Source: Actinomycetota bacterium
Lineage (GTDB): Bacteria; Actinomycetota; Acidimicrobiia; Spongiisociales; UBA11373
Direction: 5' to 3'
Assembly: GCA_018821365.1 (NCBI GenBank)
Contig: JAHJML010000003.1
Span: 1 to 46,449 of the forward strand
DNA: 46,449 bases
Below are positions 29,400 through 38,410 of the stretch, one piece after another (positions within the stretch are counted from its first letter, which is position 1; the number at the start of each line of letters is the position of its first letter). The position numbers and the translations under genes are program-made. A model generated the notes under the pieces. The model was not told where the DNA came from, ran no database searches, and saw only the letters and a list, made by a program, of their open reading frames with translations.

Positions 29400-30551
29400 A
29401 TGCCCGAGACCACCACCCAGACCATCGAGTCCGCCCTGGGCGGGGTCCTCGACCCCGAACTCGGAGTCGACATCGTCGAGTTGGGCATGGTGCGCGGCAT
29501 CGAGATCGACGGGACCGCCGCCACCATCCACATCGCCCTCACCATCGCCGCCTGCCCACTCCGCACCCAGATCGAGGGCGATGTGGTCCGCAAGGTGATA
29601 GCCCTCCCCGGGATCGACTCGGTGGATGTGCAGGTGACGGCGATGACCGACCGGCAGCGCTCCGAGTTGATGGGCATCGCCCGGCGCAACGCTCGCGACA
29701 CCGCAGCGCCCACCATGGTCAACCCGATGACCCGGGTGATCGCCGTCGGCAGCGGCAAGGGCGGTGTCGGCAAGTCGTCGATCAGCGTCAACCTGGCGGT
29801 CGCCATCGCCGACACCGGCTACCGGGTGGGCCTGCTCGACGCCGACATCTGGGGGTTCTCCATCCCCCGCATGCTCGGCATCACCGGGCGGCGCCTCGAG
29901 GCAGGCGACGACCGCAAGATCGTTCCGATGCAGGCAGCCGGCATCCAGGTGGTCTCCACCGGGTTGATGCTCGACGACGAGCAGACCGCCCTCATGTGGA
30001 GGGGTCTGATGCTCTCCAAGGCCCTGGAGCAGTTCCTCCACGACGTCGCCTGGGACCGTGATCTGGACTACCTGGTCATCGACATGCCGCCCGGCACCGG
30101 CGACATCCAGATGGCGCTGGCCCGCCTGCTGCCGCAGGCCGAGATGGTGGTGGTCACCACCCCGCAGAAAGCGGCCCAGAAGGTCGCCGCCCGGGTGGCC
30201 GACATGGCCCGGCGCTCGTTCCTGCCGGTGGTGGGGGTGGTCGAGAACATGGCCGGGTTCACCACCGATGACGGCACCCACTACGACTTGTTCGGCAAGG
30301 GCGGCGGCGAGGAGTTGGCGGCCGAATTGGGGGTGCCGCTGATCGGGAGCATCCCCCTCGACCCCTTCGTGGTGGAGGGGGGCGACGACGGCGCCCCGGT
30401 GGTGAGGGCCCATCCCGACGCACCTTCGGCGCGGGCCGTCGCCGGGGTGGCCGCCCGGATCCTGGAACTGGTCCCCCCGGCCGCCGACGAGACCTGCACC
30501 GCTCGCATCGCCGTCCTCATGGAGCAACTGGGGCAGGACGCGGCCGGTTGA
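29400..30551 (+). CDS. mrp: Mrp/NBP35 (ApbC) P-loop ATPase with N-terminal DUF59
   Basis: 'DPELG.DIVELGMV', 'TIAACP', 'SGKGGVGKS', 'DADIWG', 'MWRG', 'DMPPGTGD', 'VVENM'. Confidence 0.93.
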   Translation: MPETTTQTIESALGGVLDPELGVDIVELGMVRGIEIDGTAATIHIALTIAACPLRTQIEGDVVRKVIALPGIDSVDVQVTAMTDRQRSELMGIARRNARDTAAPTMVNPMTRVIAVGSGKGGVGKSSISVNLAVAIADTGYRVGLLDADIWGFSIPRMLGITGRRLEAGDDRKIVPMQAAGIQVVSTGLMLDDEQTALMWRGLMLSKALEQFLHDVAWDRDLDYLVIDMPPGTGDIQMALARLLPQAEMVVVTTPQKAAQKVAARVADMARRSFLPVVGVVENMAGFTTDDGTHYDLFGKGGGEELAAELGVPLIGSIPLDPFVVEGGDDGAPVVRAHPDAPSARAVAGVAARILELVPPAADETCTARIAVLMEQLGQDAAG

Positions 30552-30571
30552 CGCTGCTCCGGCTGGTAGGA

Positions 30572-31020
30572 ACCTCTTCCCCGCTGGTGGGGAGCGGTGC
30601 CAACACCGCATATGCGCGTCGAGGTCGTTGCTTCCTTATCTCCCCGCTCCAAGGGAGGAGCCCTCCCGGCGCCGTCAGGCTCCGGGAGGGAGGGGGGTGC
30701 TTCGACCAGGGTTCCCTACGCACCCCCTCCGCCTCGCTTCGCTCGGCACCTCCCCCTTGAGGGGGAGGAAAAGAATGGGTGGATGCTCTCGTGCGAGGAT
30801 GCCCCCGCTGTCGCCTTCGGCGACATCTCCCCCGTGCCGCGCCACCAGAGCGTCTGCTCTCCCCCTCTGTCGCCTCCGGCGACATCTCCCCCGCAAGCGG
30901 GGGAGAACACGACCTCCCCCTCTGTCGCCATGGGCGACATCTCCCCCGCTACGCGGGGGAGAACACGACCTCCCCCTCTGTCGCCATGGGCGACATCTCC
31001 CCCGCTTCGCGGGGGAGAAC
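30572..31020. repeat. Cluster of REP-like double-hairpin elements including a 56-bp tandem array
   Basis: Three tandem CTCCCCCTCTGTCGCC-nnn-GGCGACATCTCCCCCGC-nnn-GCGGGGGAGAAC units (about 30859-31020), a truncated unit at about 30802, and an inverted pair at about 30640-30769. Lies between convergent genes. Confidence 0.92.
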
Positions 31021-31022
31021 CT

Positions 31023-32120
31023 CTATCTACAGAGTTTGACCATCAACTGGTAGGGGTTGGTGAGCGGGCCGCCGCCGGGTTGGTAGCCGAGGTGGAGGTG
31101 GGGGGTGCCGGTGGCATTGCCGGTATCACCCACATACCCGATGAGTTGCCCCCTGTCGACCCGCAGTCCCTGCTGCAGGCCGGACGCAAACGCCGAGAGG
31201 TGGGCGTAGTAGTAGATGTCCCCGGAATTACCCCTGACGTAGATGCCGAGGCCGCCCAGGTAGTGGGACGACATCGACCAGATGTACCCGCTCTCGGCGG
31301 CCACCAGTGGCGTGCCCATCGCCGCGATCATGTCGACGCCGTGGTGCTGGCGTCCCCCGGAGCGGGGTTCCAGCCAGGAGTCGCGGAAGGAGTTCGCTCC
31401 GGCCACCGGGCAGGTCCTGCCGGCCGGCGACACGTGGCCGCTGGAGGAGTGGTTGGAGGCAGCCGCCGCCGCAGCCGACGCCGCCGCCGCGGCTCGCTGT
31501 CGCTCGGCCTCCTCACGGGCGCGACGCTCGGCCTCCTGCTTCTCCCACTGCTGGTAGACCACCTGATACTCGTTGTTGGCGATCTCCAATTCGGCATAGA
31601 TCTCGGCCGAGGAGTCCTGGAGCCGTAGGGTCTCGTCGGCCTGCTCGGCGACCAGGCGCTCCAACTCCGCCTCCAGTCGCTTCGAATCGTTCTGGAGAAA
31701 GAGCAGGTCGTTGACCACATCACGCTGCTGGCCGGACAGGCTGTCGAGGTAGGCGGATCGGGCTCCCACCTGGGAGATGTCCTGCACGTTGAACAGCGAG
31801 TCCTGGCTGCTGCCGCCGGCGTTCATGTACATCGCGCTGGCGCGTTCCTTGGCCTGGAGTTCCATGATGACGAGTTCGCGCTGCCGGTCGAGCAACTTCT
31901 GCTCGATGGCGTGGATCCGCTCCTCGTAGGAGGCCTGCATCCCGATCGATTGGTCGAGTTCGGTGAGCCTTCCCTCGAGGCGGCGGGACACCTCGCGGAC
32001 CTTCTCCTGAGCGGCATCGAGTTCCGCCCGCGTGACATCGGCCAGTGCCGTCGCCGGTGTCAAGGCGACGATGCCGACGGCAATCACCAAGGCGAGCGCC
32101 TTACGCAGGGTGCGTCGCAT
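31023..32120 (-). CDS. Secreted coiled-coil M23 peptidase
   Basis: Signal peptide, long coiled coil, 'HHGVD', 'YYAHL', 'PHLHLG'. Confidence 0.92.
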   Translation of the reverse strand: MRRTLRKALALVIAVGIVALTPATALADVTRAELDAAQEKVREVSRRLEGRLTELDQSIGMQASYEERIHAIEQKLLDRQRELVIMELQAKERASAMYMNAGGSSQDSLFNVQDISQVGARSAYLDSLSGQQRDVVNDLLFLQNDSKRLEAELERLVAEQADETLRLQDSSAEIYAELEIANNEYQVVYQQWEKQEAERRAREEAERQRAAAAASAAAAAASNHSSSGHVSPAGRTCPVAGANSFRDSWLEPRSGGRQHHGVDMIAAMGTPLVAAESGYIWSMSSHYLGGLGIYVRGNSGDIYYYAHLSAFASGLQQGLRVDRGQLIGYVGDTGNATGTPHLHLGYQPGGGPLTNPYQLMVKLCR

Positions 32121-32163
32121 GTGCCCCTGATACTACGAAGTCCCCGTATTTGCGTCGAACCGG

Positions 32164-33417
32164 TCAGCAGAGTTGCCGGACGATCGGGTAGGGGTTGGCG
32201 TAGTAGGCGCCGCCCGGCAGGTAGCCGAGGTGCAGGTGGGGGATGCTGGCGTTGCCGGTCATGCCGACGTAGCCGACCAACTGCCCGGCGCTGAGCCGCA
32301 CCCCGGTCCTGATGCCCGAGGCGTACGAATTCAGGTGGGCGTAGTACCACCGGTCTCCGCTATCGCCCTGGATGTAGAGGCCGTTCCCCCCCGCGTAGTG
32401 CCACGACATGTACCAGATGTAGCCGTCCTCGATCGCCACCAGCGGTGTTCCCGTGACCGCCACCATGTCGGTCCCGGTGTGGCTACGGCCGCCGGGCCGG
32501 GGCTCTCCCCAGGTGTCGGAGAAGGTCACGGCCCCGTCCACCGGACACACCCTGACGCCGGGATTGGGCGGCAGGGTGGTCGTGGTCGTGCTCGGCGGGG
32601 CGGTGGTGGTCGTCGCTCCCGGTTCGGTCGTGGTGGTAGCACCGGGTTCGGTCGTGGTGGTCGTCGCTCCCGGTTCGGTCGTGGTGGTAGCGCCCGGTTC
32701 GGTCGTGGTGGTCGTCGCTCCCGGCTCGGTCGTAGTGGTAGCGCCCGGTTCGGTCGTGGTCGTCGAAGGCGCCAGGGTCGTGGTGGTGGATGTCGCCAGC
32801 CACTCCTGGTACCTCCGCTCCTCCTCCTGCTGGTCCCACTGCTGTTTGACCGCCTGGTACTCGGTGTTGGCGGCCTCCAACTGGGCGTAGATGTCCCCGA
32901 GGAGACTCTCCATCTCCTGGCGAACCACCTCCTGTTCGGCCACCGTCTCCTCCAGCAATGCCTGCTGGCGTTCGTAGCCGAGGCGGGCGGCGTCCAGTTG
33001 GACGACCACCTCCCGATCGGATTGAGCTACCGAGTCGAGGTAGGCCTTGCGGGCGGGCAACTCGGAGAACTCGCCGGCGGCGAGCACCCGCTTGTCGTCG
33101 GCGGCGCCGGCGATCATGTACATCTCGGCGACCCGGTCGTGGGCCGTCCGGCGGGCGAGCGCCAGTTCCCGCTCCCGGGTGGCGAGATCCACGACGATCC
33201 GATCCAATCGATCCTTCAACTCCACCTCGCGCACCACGGCGGCGTCGTAACCGGCCACCTGCTCCGAGAGGCGGTCGTTGACCTCCCGGAGGCGGGCCCT
33301 GGCCTCCTCGACCTGCTGGGAGGTGACATCGGCGAAAGCGGGCAGCGTCACGAAGAGCAGGCCTGCCGCCATGGCGGTGACGACCAGCAGTAGGGCGGCC
33401 CGTCGTCTCCTCATCAC
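32164..33417 (-). CDS. Secreted coiled-coil M23 peptidase with TTTTEPGA repeats (paralog of 31023..32120)
   Basis: Signal peptide, coiled coil, 'HTGTD', 'YYAHL', 'PHLHLG'; overlaps the MBL stop. Confidence 0.92.
   Translation of the reverse strand: MMRRRRAALLLVVTAMAAGLLFVTLPAFADVTSQQVEEARARLREVNDRLSEQVAGYDAAVVREVELKDRLDRIVVDLATRERELALARRTAHDRVAEMYMIAGAADDKRVLAAGEFSELPARKAYLDSVAQSDREVVVQLDAARLGYERQQALLEETVAEQEVVRQEMESLLGDIYAQLEAANTEYQAVKQQWDQQEEERRYQEWLATSTTTTLAPSTTTTEPGATTTTEPGATTTTTEPGATTTTEPGATTTTTEPGATTTTEPGATTTTAPPSTTTTTLPPNPGVRVCPVDGAVTFSDTWGEPRPGGRSHTGTDMVAVTGTPLVAIEDGYIWYMSWHYAGGNGLYIQGDSGDRWYYAHLNSYASGIRTGVRLSAGQLVGYVGMTGNASIPHLHLGYLPGGAYYANPYPIVRQLC
32603..32764 (-). repeat. Intragenic tandem repeat encoding (T4-5)EPGA x6
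   Basis: Alternating 24- and 27-nt units forming a 51-bp higher-order repeat. Confidence 0.85.
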
Positions 33418-34208
33418 TCGTCTTCGTGTGCCAGTGGGAACACCACCCGGGACGACCAGTCGGACGATCCATGCGGAAGTTCGACCAGGCCTTCGGTCAC
33501 CAGTTTGCGGAGGTGGGCGCCCACCGATCGGGCCGCCATCAGGAAGAAGATCGGATCGACGTCCAGGTAGCAGGCCTCGACGATCTCCCCCACCGTCCGC
33601 GCTCCTCGTTCGAGAGCGGCCAGGATCTGTCTCTCACGCTCCAGGCGATGCTCCACATACCATTCGATGACCTCGTCGGGGTCCTCCATGGGCTCGCCGT
33701 GCCCGGGGTAGAGCATGGTCACGCCGATGCCGCGCAGCTTTTCCAATGAGGCCAGGTACTCGATCATGTGCTCCACGATCACGGAACTGCCCCCCATGAT
33801 GTGGTCACCCGTGAACAGGGCGTCGCCGGCGCGGTAGCAGAGGTGATACGGCGTGTGTCCCGGTGTGTCGATGACCTCGATGGACACCTCGCCGACGACG
33901 ACGACATCTCCATCGGCAAGCACCCGATCCGGCTTGAAGGCGGGCCCGGGACAGGCACCCAGCGCCGCCGCCCGGAAGCGGCGGGCGAGGGCATTGGCTA
34001 TCTCCACATGGTCCAGGTGGCAATGCGTCACCAACACGGCAACCGGCTTGGCGGTGCCGATGGCGGCGACGATGGCCTCCTCGTGCTGCTCGAGGGAGGG
34101 TCCCGGATCGATCACGGCCACCTCGCCGGCAGATTCGACCAGCCAGGTGTTGGTGCCCTGACCGGTGAACATACCCGGGTTGCCTGCGCGGACTCTGGTG
34201 ATCTTCAT
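33414..34208 (-). CDS. MBL-fold metallo-hydrolase (LACTB2-like, C-terminal wHTH)
   Basis: 'NPGMFTGQGTNTW', 'THCHLDH', 'TPGHT..H', 'FTGDH', 'PGHG'. Confidence 0.92.
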   Translation of the reverse strand: MKITRVRAGNPGMFTGQGTNTWLVESAGEVAVIDPGPSLEQHEEAIVAAIGTAKPVAVLVTHCHLDHVEIANALARRFRAAALGACPGPAFKPDRVLADGDVVVVGEVSIEVIDTPGHTPYHLCYRAGDALFTGDHIMGGSSVIVEHMIEYLASLEKLRGIGVTMLYPGHGEPMEDPDEVIEWYVEHRLERERQILAALERGARTVGEIVEACYLDVDPIFFLMAARSVGAHLRKLVTEGLVELPHGSSDWSSRVVFPLAHEDE

Positions 34209-34939
34209 GCGCCGACCTCTACGTCGTAGTCCGAATCGCCGGGGATCGAGACCTTGTATTCACCATTGTCGCCGATCACGATCCTTGGCAGAACACTCTG
34301 GACCTCCGAGATCGAATCCGCGTAGTCCAACACCGCTCCGATCGAGTCGTGCCGCGCCAGCATCTCGAGGTGCCACCGGGTCGGAAACGGGACCTCCCAG
34401 GACCCATCGTCCCCCTGCGCCAGCGCCCGGCGGGGGTCGACCCAGGTGTCGTCGAACACTTCGACTCCGTCGGCCGCCGTCCCGTCCCCCTCCCCCACTG
34501 CGGCGACGAAGAACCTGGTGTCGAAGCGGCGGGGCAATCCCTCGGGGGTGATCCACCGGGACACCCAGTGGAGGCGGCCGGCATCCAACTTGCCGCCGGC
34601 GGCCGCCGTCGCCGCGTACAGATCGGCGGTGTCCGTTGGGATGACGAGGCCTTGGGGATCGGTCAGCGTCAGGCCGGCTTCCTCGTGGAGTTCCCTCAGC
34701 GCGGCCGCCCGCCAGGGCAGTTCCTCGGGATCACCGTCCCATTGCAGAGCGGTGGCCGCCTCATCGCGACGGTCCCGGTCGTCGACGGAGCCTCCCGGGA
34801 ATACGAAGGCGTTGCCCATGAACTCCGACCCGGCCGCCCGGCGCACCATCAGGACCTCGAACCCGGAGGAAGCCGGCCTCAGGGCGAGGACGGTCGACGC
34901 AGGACGCGCCCGAACCAGTGGGCCAGGAAACTCCACCAC
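34205..34939 (-). CDS. Nudix hydrolase (NUDT19/YeaB-like)
   Basis: 'PASTVL', 'FVFPGGSVD', 'AALRELHEEAG', 'WITP...RRFDTRFF'. GTG start 6 nt after TATCGT. Confidence 0.9.
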   Translation of the reverse strand: MVEFPGPLVRARPASTVLALRPASSGFEVLMVRRAAGSEFMGNAFVFPGGSVDDRDRRDEAATALQWDGDPEELPWRAAALRELHEEAGLTLTDPQGLVIPTDTADLYAATAAAGGKLDAGRLHWVSRWITPEGLPRRFDTRFFVAAVGEGDGTAADGVEVFDDTWVDPRRALAQGDDGSWEVPFPTRWHLEMLARHDSIGAVLDYADSISEVQSVLPRIVIGDNGEYKVSIPGDSDYDVEVGA

Positions 34940-34975
34940 GATCCCACGATACCGGGGTCGGTAGTCTGAAGAACC

Positions 34976-36307
34976 ATGTCCCCCCGCCCACCTTCGGTCG
35001 ACGCCCTGGCCGCCTCCCTCGATGACGGCCGCCTCCCCCGCGCCCTGCTGGTGGAGATCGCCAGGCAGGCCGTCGAGACCTTCCGCCGCGATCCGGGCGG
35101 CCGCTCCGCCGAGGAGGTGGCCGCCGAGCAGGCCGGGCGCCTCGCCGCACGCCGTCCCGGCAAGGTGGTCAACGCCACCGGAGTGCTGCTCCACACCAAT
35201 CTGGGAAGGGCGCTGCTGGCATCGGAGGCCGCCGAGGCCGAGCGGATGTCGTCGGCGGGTTACAGCGCCCTCGAGTTCGACCTCGGAGAGGGCAGGCGGG
35301 GAGGACGGGGGTCCTATGCCCATGACCTGCTGCGGGCGGTCACCGGGGCGGAAGCCGCCCTCGCCGTCAACAACAACGCCGGAGCGCTGTTCCTGACGAT
35401 CGCGGCGCTGGCCGGGGCCCGCGCCGCGGTGGTGTCGCGGGGCGAGTTGATCGAGATCGGCGGGTCGTTCCGTCTCCCCGACCTGATGGGATCGACCGGC
35501 GCCCGACTGGTCGAGGTCGGCACCACCAACCGCACCCGCCTCAAGGACTACCGCAAGGCGGTCGGACCCGACACCGGGATGATCCTGAAGGTGCACCCCT
35601 CCAACTACCGCATCGAGGGCTTCACCGAAGAGGCCGCCTACCGGGATCTCGCCGCCCTGGCGGCCGAAGGGGGGATCCCTTTCGTCGCCGATGTCGGCAG
35701 CGGCCTCCTCGACGCCCGCACCCCCTGGCTCGACGGCCCGCCGCCCGCCTGGCTCTCCGACGAACCGGCGGTCCGTCAGACCCTGGAGGCCGGCGCCGAC
35801 CTGGTGCTCTTCTCGGGCGACAAACTGCTCGGCGGCCCGCAGGCCGGCCTGATCGTCGGCCGGGCGGGGCTCATCGAGGAGATCCGGTCCCATCCCATCG
35901 CCCGGGCGGTCCGCATCGGGGGTGGCGCCCTGGCAGCGCTGGCGGTGACCCTGGAGATGTATGCCGCCGGGCGAGCCGGTGAAATCCCGTTCTGGAAGAT
36001 GGCCTCCCTCCCCACCGCCGGCCTGGAGGCCCGCAGTCTGGCGGCCGCCTCCACCATCGGCCCCGCCGCCTCCGTCGAGCAGGGCCTGTCACTGCCGGGG
36101 GCCGGTTCGGTGCCGGGCAAGGGCATCCCGGGGCCGATCGTCGTCGTCGGGAGCCCTCCGGCGACTGCATGGGGGCGCCTCCTGGCGGCGGCGCCCCCTA
36201 TCGTCACCCGCCGTGAGCCCCGGGGACTGGTTGCCGATCTCCGCACCGTCGACCCCGGCGACGATGCCCACGTCGCCGATTCCATCGCCCGCGCATGCCG
36301 GTCGTAG
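34976..36307 (+). CDS. selA: L-seryl-tRNA(Sec) selenium transferase
   Basis: '[16 protein letters not shown]', 'VNNNAGA', '[16 protein letters not shown]', 'EVGTTNRT', 'KVHPSNY', '[13 protein letters not shown]'. Confidence 0.96.
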   Translation: MSPRPPSVDALAASLDDGRLPRALLVEIARQAVETFRRDPGGRSAEEVAAEQAGRLAARRPGKVVNATGVLLHTNLGRALLASEAAEAERMSSAGYSALEFDLGEGRRGGRGSYAHDLLRAVTGAEAALAVNNNAGALFLTIAALAGARAAVVSRGELIEIGGSFRLPDLMGSTGARLVEVGTTNRTRLKDYRKAVGPDTGMILKVHPSNYRIEGFTEEAAYRDLAALAAEGGIPFVADVGSGLLDARTPWLDGPPPAWLSDEPAVRQTLEAGADLVLFSGDKLLGGPQAGLIVGRAGLIEEIRSHPIARAVRIGGGALAALAVTLEMYAAGRAGEIPFWKMASLPTAGLEARSLAAASTIGPAASVEQGLSLPGAGSVPGKGIPGPIVVVGSPPATAWGRLLAAAPPIVTRREPRGLVADLRTVDPGDDAHVADSIARACRS

Positions 36308-38124
36308 GCACCGCCGGCCACGTCGACCACGGCAAGTCGACGCTGGTCCAGGCCCTCACCGGCCGCGACCCGGACCGCTGGGAGGAAGAGAAGCGGCGGG
36401 GCCTCACCATCGACCTCGGGTTCGCCTGGATGACGCTCGACGACGGCACCGAAGTGGGCTTCGTCGACGTCCCCGGTCATGAGCGGTTCATCAAGAACAT
36501 GCTGGCCGGGGTGGATGCCATCGACGCCGCCCTCTTCGTCGTGGCCGCCGACGAGGGTTGGATGCCGCAATCCGAGGAGCACCTGGCGGTGCTGGACCTG
36601 CTCGGGGTGGCCTCGGGCGTGATCGCCCTCACCCGCTGCGACGTGGTGGAGGAGGAACTCGCCGATCTCGCCGAACTCGAAGTGCGGGAGCAACTCGCCG
36701 GCACCTCACTGGCGGATGCCCCGATCCTCCGCACCGGGGCGCCGGCCGGGTTGGGGGTGGAAGCCGTCAGGGAGGCTCTCGCTGCTGCGCTGGGCCATGT
36801 GTCGTCGGGAGCGATCGGCCGGCCCCGGATGTGGATCGACCGATCGTTTACGATCGGCGGGGCGGGAACGGTGGTCACCGGCACTCTCCTCGACGGCCCG
36901 GTCGCCGTCGGCGACACGCTGGCCGTGTGGCCGGGTGCCCGGCCGGCCCGGGTCCGCAGCGCCCAGAGCCACGAGCAGTCCCACGACCGGATCGAACCGG
37001 GGACGAGGGTGGCGCTCAACCTGGTCGGCCTCGAACGGGGCGAGGTCGCCAGAGGCGCCATGCTGGGCCGGCCCGACGAGTGGCGCACCACCACCCGGTT
37101 CCTGGCCGACCTCAGGACCGTCCGCAGCCTCGACGAGCCGCTGCGGGACCGGGGCGCCTTTCATCTCCACGTCGGGAGCGGTTCGTTCCCGGCCCGCATC
37201 CGACTGGTCGACGACGCCGTGCTCGAGGGTTCCGGGGCGGCGGTCATCAGCGTCGACGAACCCCTGGCCCTCAAGACCGGCGATCGGTTGATCCTGCGCG
37301 AGGTGGGGCGGCGGGCGGTGGTGGCCGGCGGCACCGTGCTGGATCCCCAACCCCCGCAACGGGGCCAGCAGGTGCGGGCGGCGCTCCCCCGGCTGCGGGG
37401 GGCGGGCCCCTCTCCCGACGGCAAGGCCGATGCACTCCTGTCGGTGCGCGGCAAGGAAGATCTGGCCGATCTGGCTGCCGACACCGGTGGCGGCCGCCCC
37501 ACCGACGCTCTCATCATCGGGAGCATCGCCGTCTCCCGCGTCGAGGCGATCGGTCTCACCGACCGGGCGGTGGCCGGGGCGCAGCGGTTCCAGGAAGCCA
37601 ACCCACTCCGCCCCGGGATCCCCAAGTCGAGCCTCGCCGAGCAACTCGGCATCGGCCTCCCGATCCTGGAGGCTCTCGTCGAGGCCGACGATCGACTGGC
37701 AGACGATGGGCCGGTGGTCCGCACTGCCGGCTTCTCAGGTGGGCTCGACCAATCGGCGCAAGACTCCTGGGAGGCGGTCCGGTCCGACCTGCTGGCGGCG
37801 GGTTGGGGGGTTCCCCGCCGCAGCGAACTGGGACTCGACCCCGAGGTGGTCCATGCCCTCCTCCGCGACGGGACCCTGGTAGCCGTCGACGAGTTCGCCT
37901 ACCTGCCCGAGCAGTTGGACCGATTGGTGGAGCGGGTCATGGGGATGAGCGACGGCTTCAGCGTTGCCGACTTCCGCGACGAGTTCGAGGTCACCCGCAA
38001 GCACGCGGTGCCGCTGCTGGAGTGGCTGGATCGCAACCGGGTCACCCGCAGGGAGGGCGACCGGAGGGTGATCAGACGTTTGCCGCCCGGCGAGCCAGCA
38101 CCTGGCGGCGCTCCGTCTCGGTGA
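36295..38124 (+). CDS. selB: Selenocysteine-specific elongation factor
   Basis: '[11 protein letters not shown]', '[14 protein letters not shown]', '[15 protein letters not shown]', and C-terminal WH motif '[13 protein letters not shown]...TRREGD.R'. Confidence 0.96.
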   Translation: MPVVGTAGHVDHGKSTLVQALTGRDPDRWEEEKRRGLTIDLGFAWMTLDDGTEVGFVDVPGHERFIKNMLAGVDAIDAALFVVAADEGWMPQSEEHLAVLDLLGVASGVIALTRCDVVEEELADLAELEVREQLAGTSLADAPILRTGAPAGLGVEAVREALAAALGHVSSGAIGRPRMWIDRSFTIGGAGTVVTGTLLDGPVAVGDTLAVWPGARPARVRSAQSHEQSHDRIEPGTRVALNLVGLERGEVARGAMLGRPDEWRTTTRFLADLRTVRSLDEPLRDRGAFHLHVGSGSFPARIRLVDDAVLEGSGAAVISVDEPLALKTGDRLILREVGRRAVVAGGTVLDPQPPQRGQQVRAALPRLRGAGPSPDGKADALLSVRGKEDLADLAADTGGGRPTDALIIGSIAVSRVEAIGLTDRAVAGAQRFQEANPLRPGIPKSSLAEQLGIGLPILEALVEADDRLADDGPVVRTAGFSGGLDQSAQDSWEAVRSDLLAAGWGVPRRSELGLDPEVVHALLRDGTLVAVDEFAYLPEQLDRLVERVMGMSDGFSVADFRDEFEVTRKHAVPLLEWLDRNRVTRREGDRRVIRRLPPGEPAPGGAPSR

Positions 38125-38344
38125 GGGCCCCCCAGATGCCGTAGGGTTCGCGAATCTCGAGGGCGAACTCGAGGCACTCGGACTTCACCGGGCACACGTT
38201 GCAGATGGCCTTGGCCTTGTGCTCACGGCGTTCCCGTTCCTCCTTGCGCTCCACCGTGCTCGGAGGGAAGAAGAGGTAGGAGTGGTTTCCCCGGCACAGG
38301 CCGGTCCGCTGCCAGGAACGATCCATGGGTGCCAGACCCGCCAT
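38072..38344 (-). CDS. whiB: WhiB family Fe-S transcription factor (WhiB3/WhiD-like)
   Basis: 'WQRTGLCRG...LFFPP', 'AKAICNVCPV..ECL', 'EPYGIWG.LTE.ER'; AAGGA RBS. Confidence 0.92.
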   Translation of the reverse strand: MAGLAPMDRSWQRTGLCRGNHSYLFFPPSTVERKEERERREHKAKAICNVCPVKSECLEFALEIREPYGIWGALTETERRQVLARRAANV

Positions 38345-38410
38345 GTCCTTCTCCTCCGTGGGAAGCCGCAAGGGCGAAGCTACCAGCCGCCTCCGGAGAC
38401 CGCCAGGAAT

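Noticed and set aside
30549-30570. mrp TGA followed by R-C-S-G-W-stop, and the M23 'LC-TGA' at 32164, as Sec readthrough
   Set aside because: Both proteins are complete at the TGA, the paralogous M23 ends at the same place with TAG, and TGA is the commonest stop in GC-rich genomes.
30802-31020. Repeat arrays here and at 11415-11620 as CRISPR
   Set aside because: Units abut or are separated by short or repeated linkers, not unique spacers of uniform length. They are double hairpins of 50+ bp dispersed in both orientations, and no cas genes are present.
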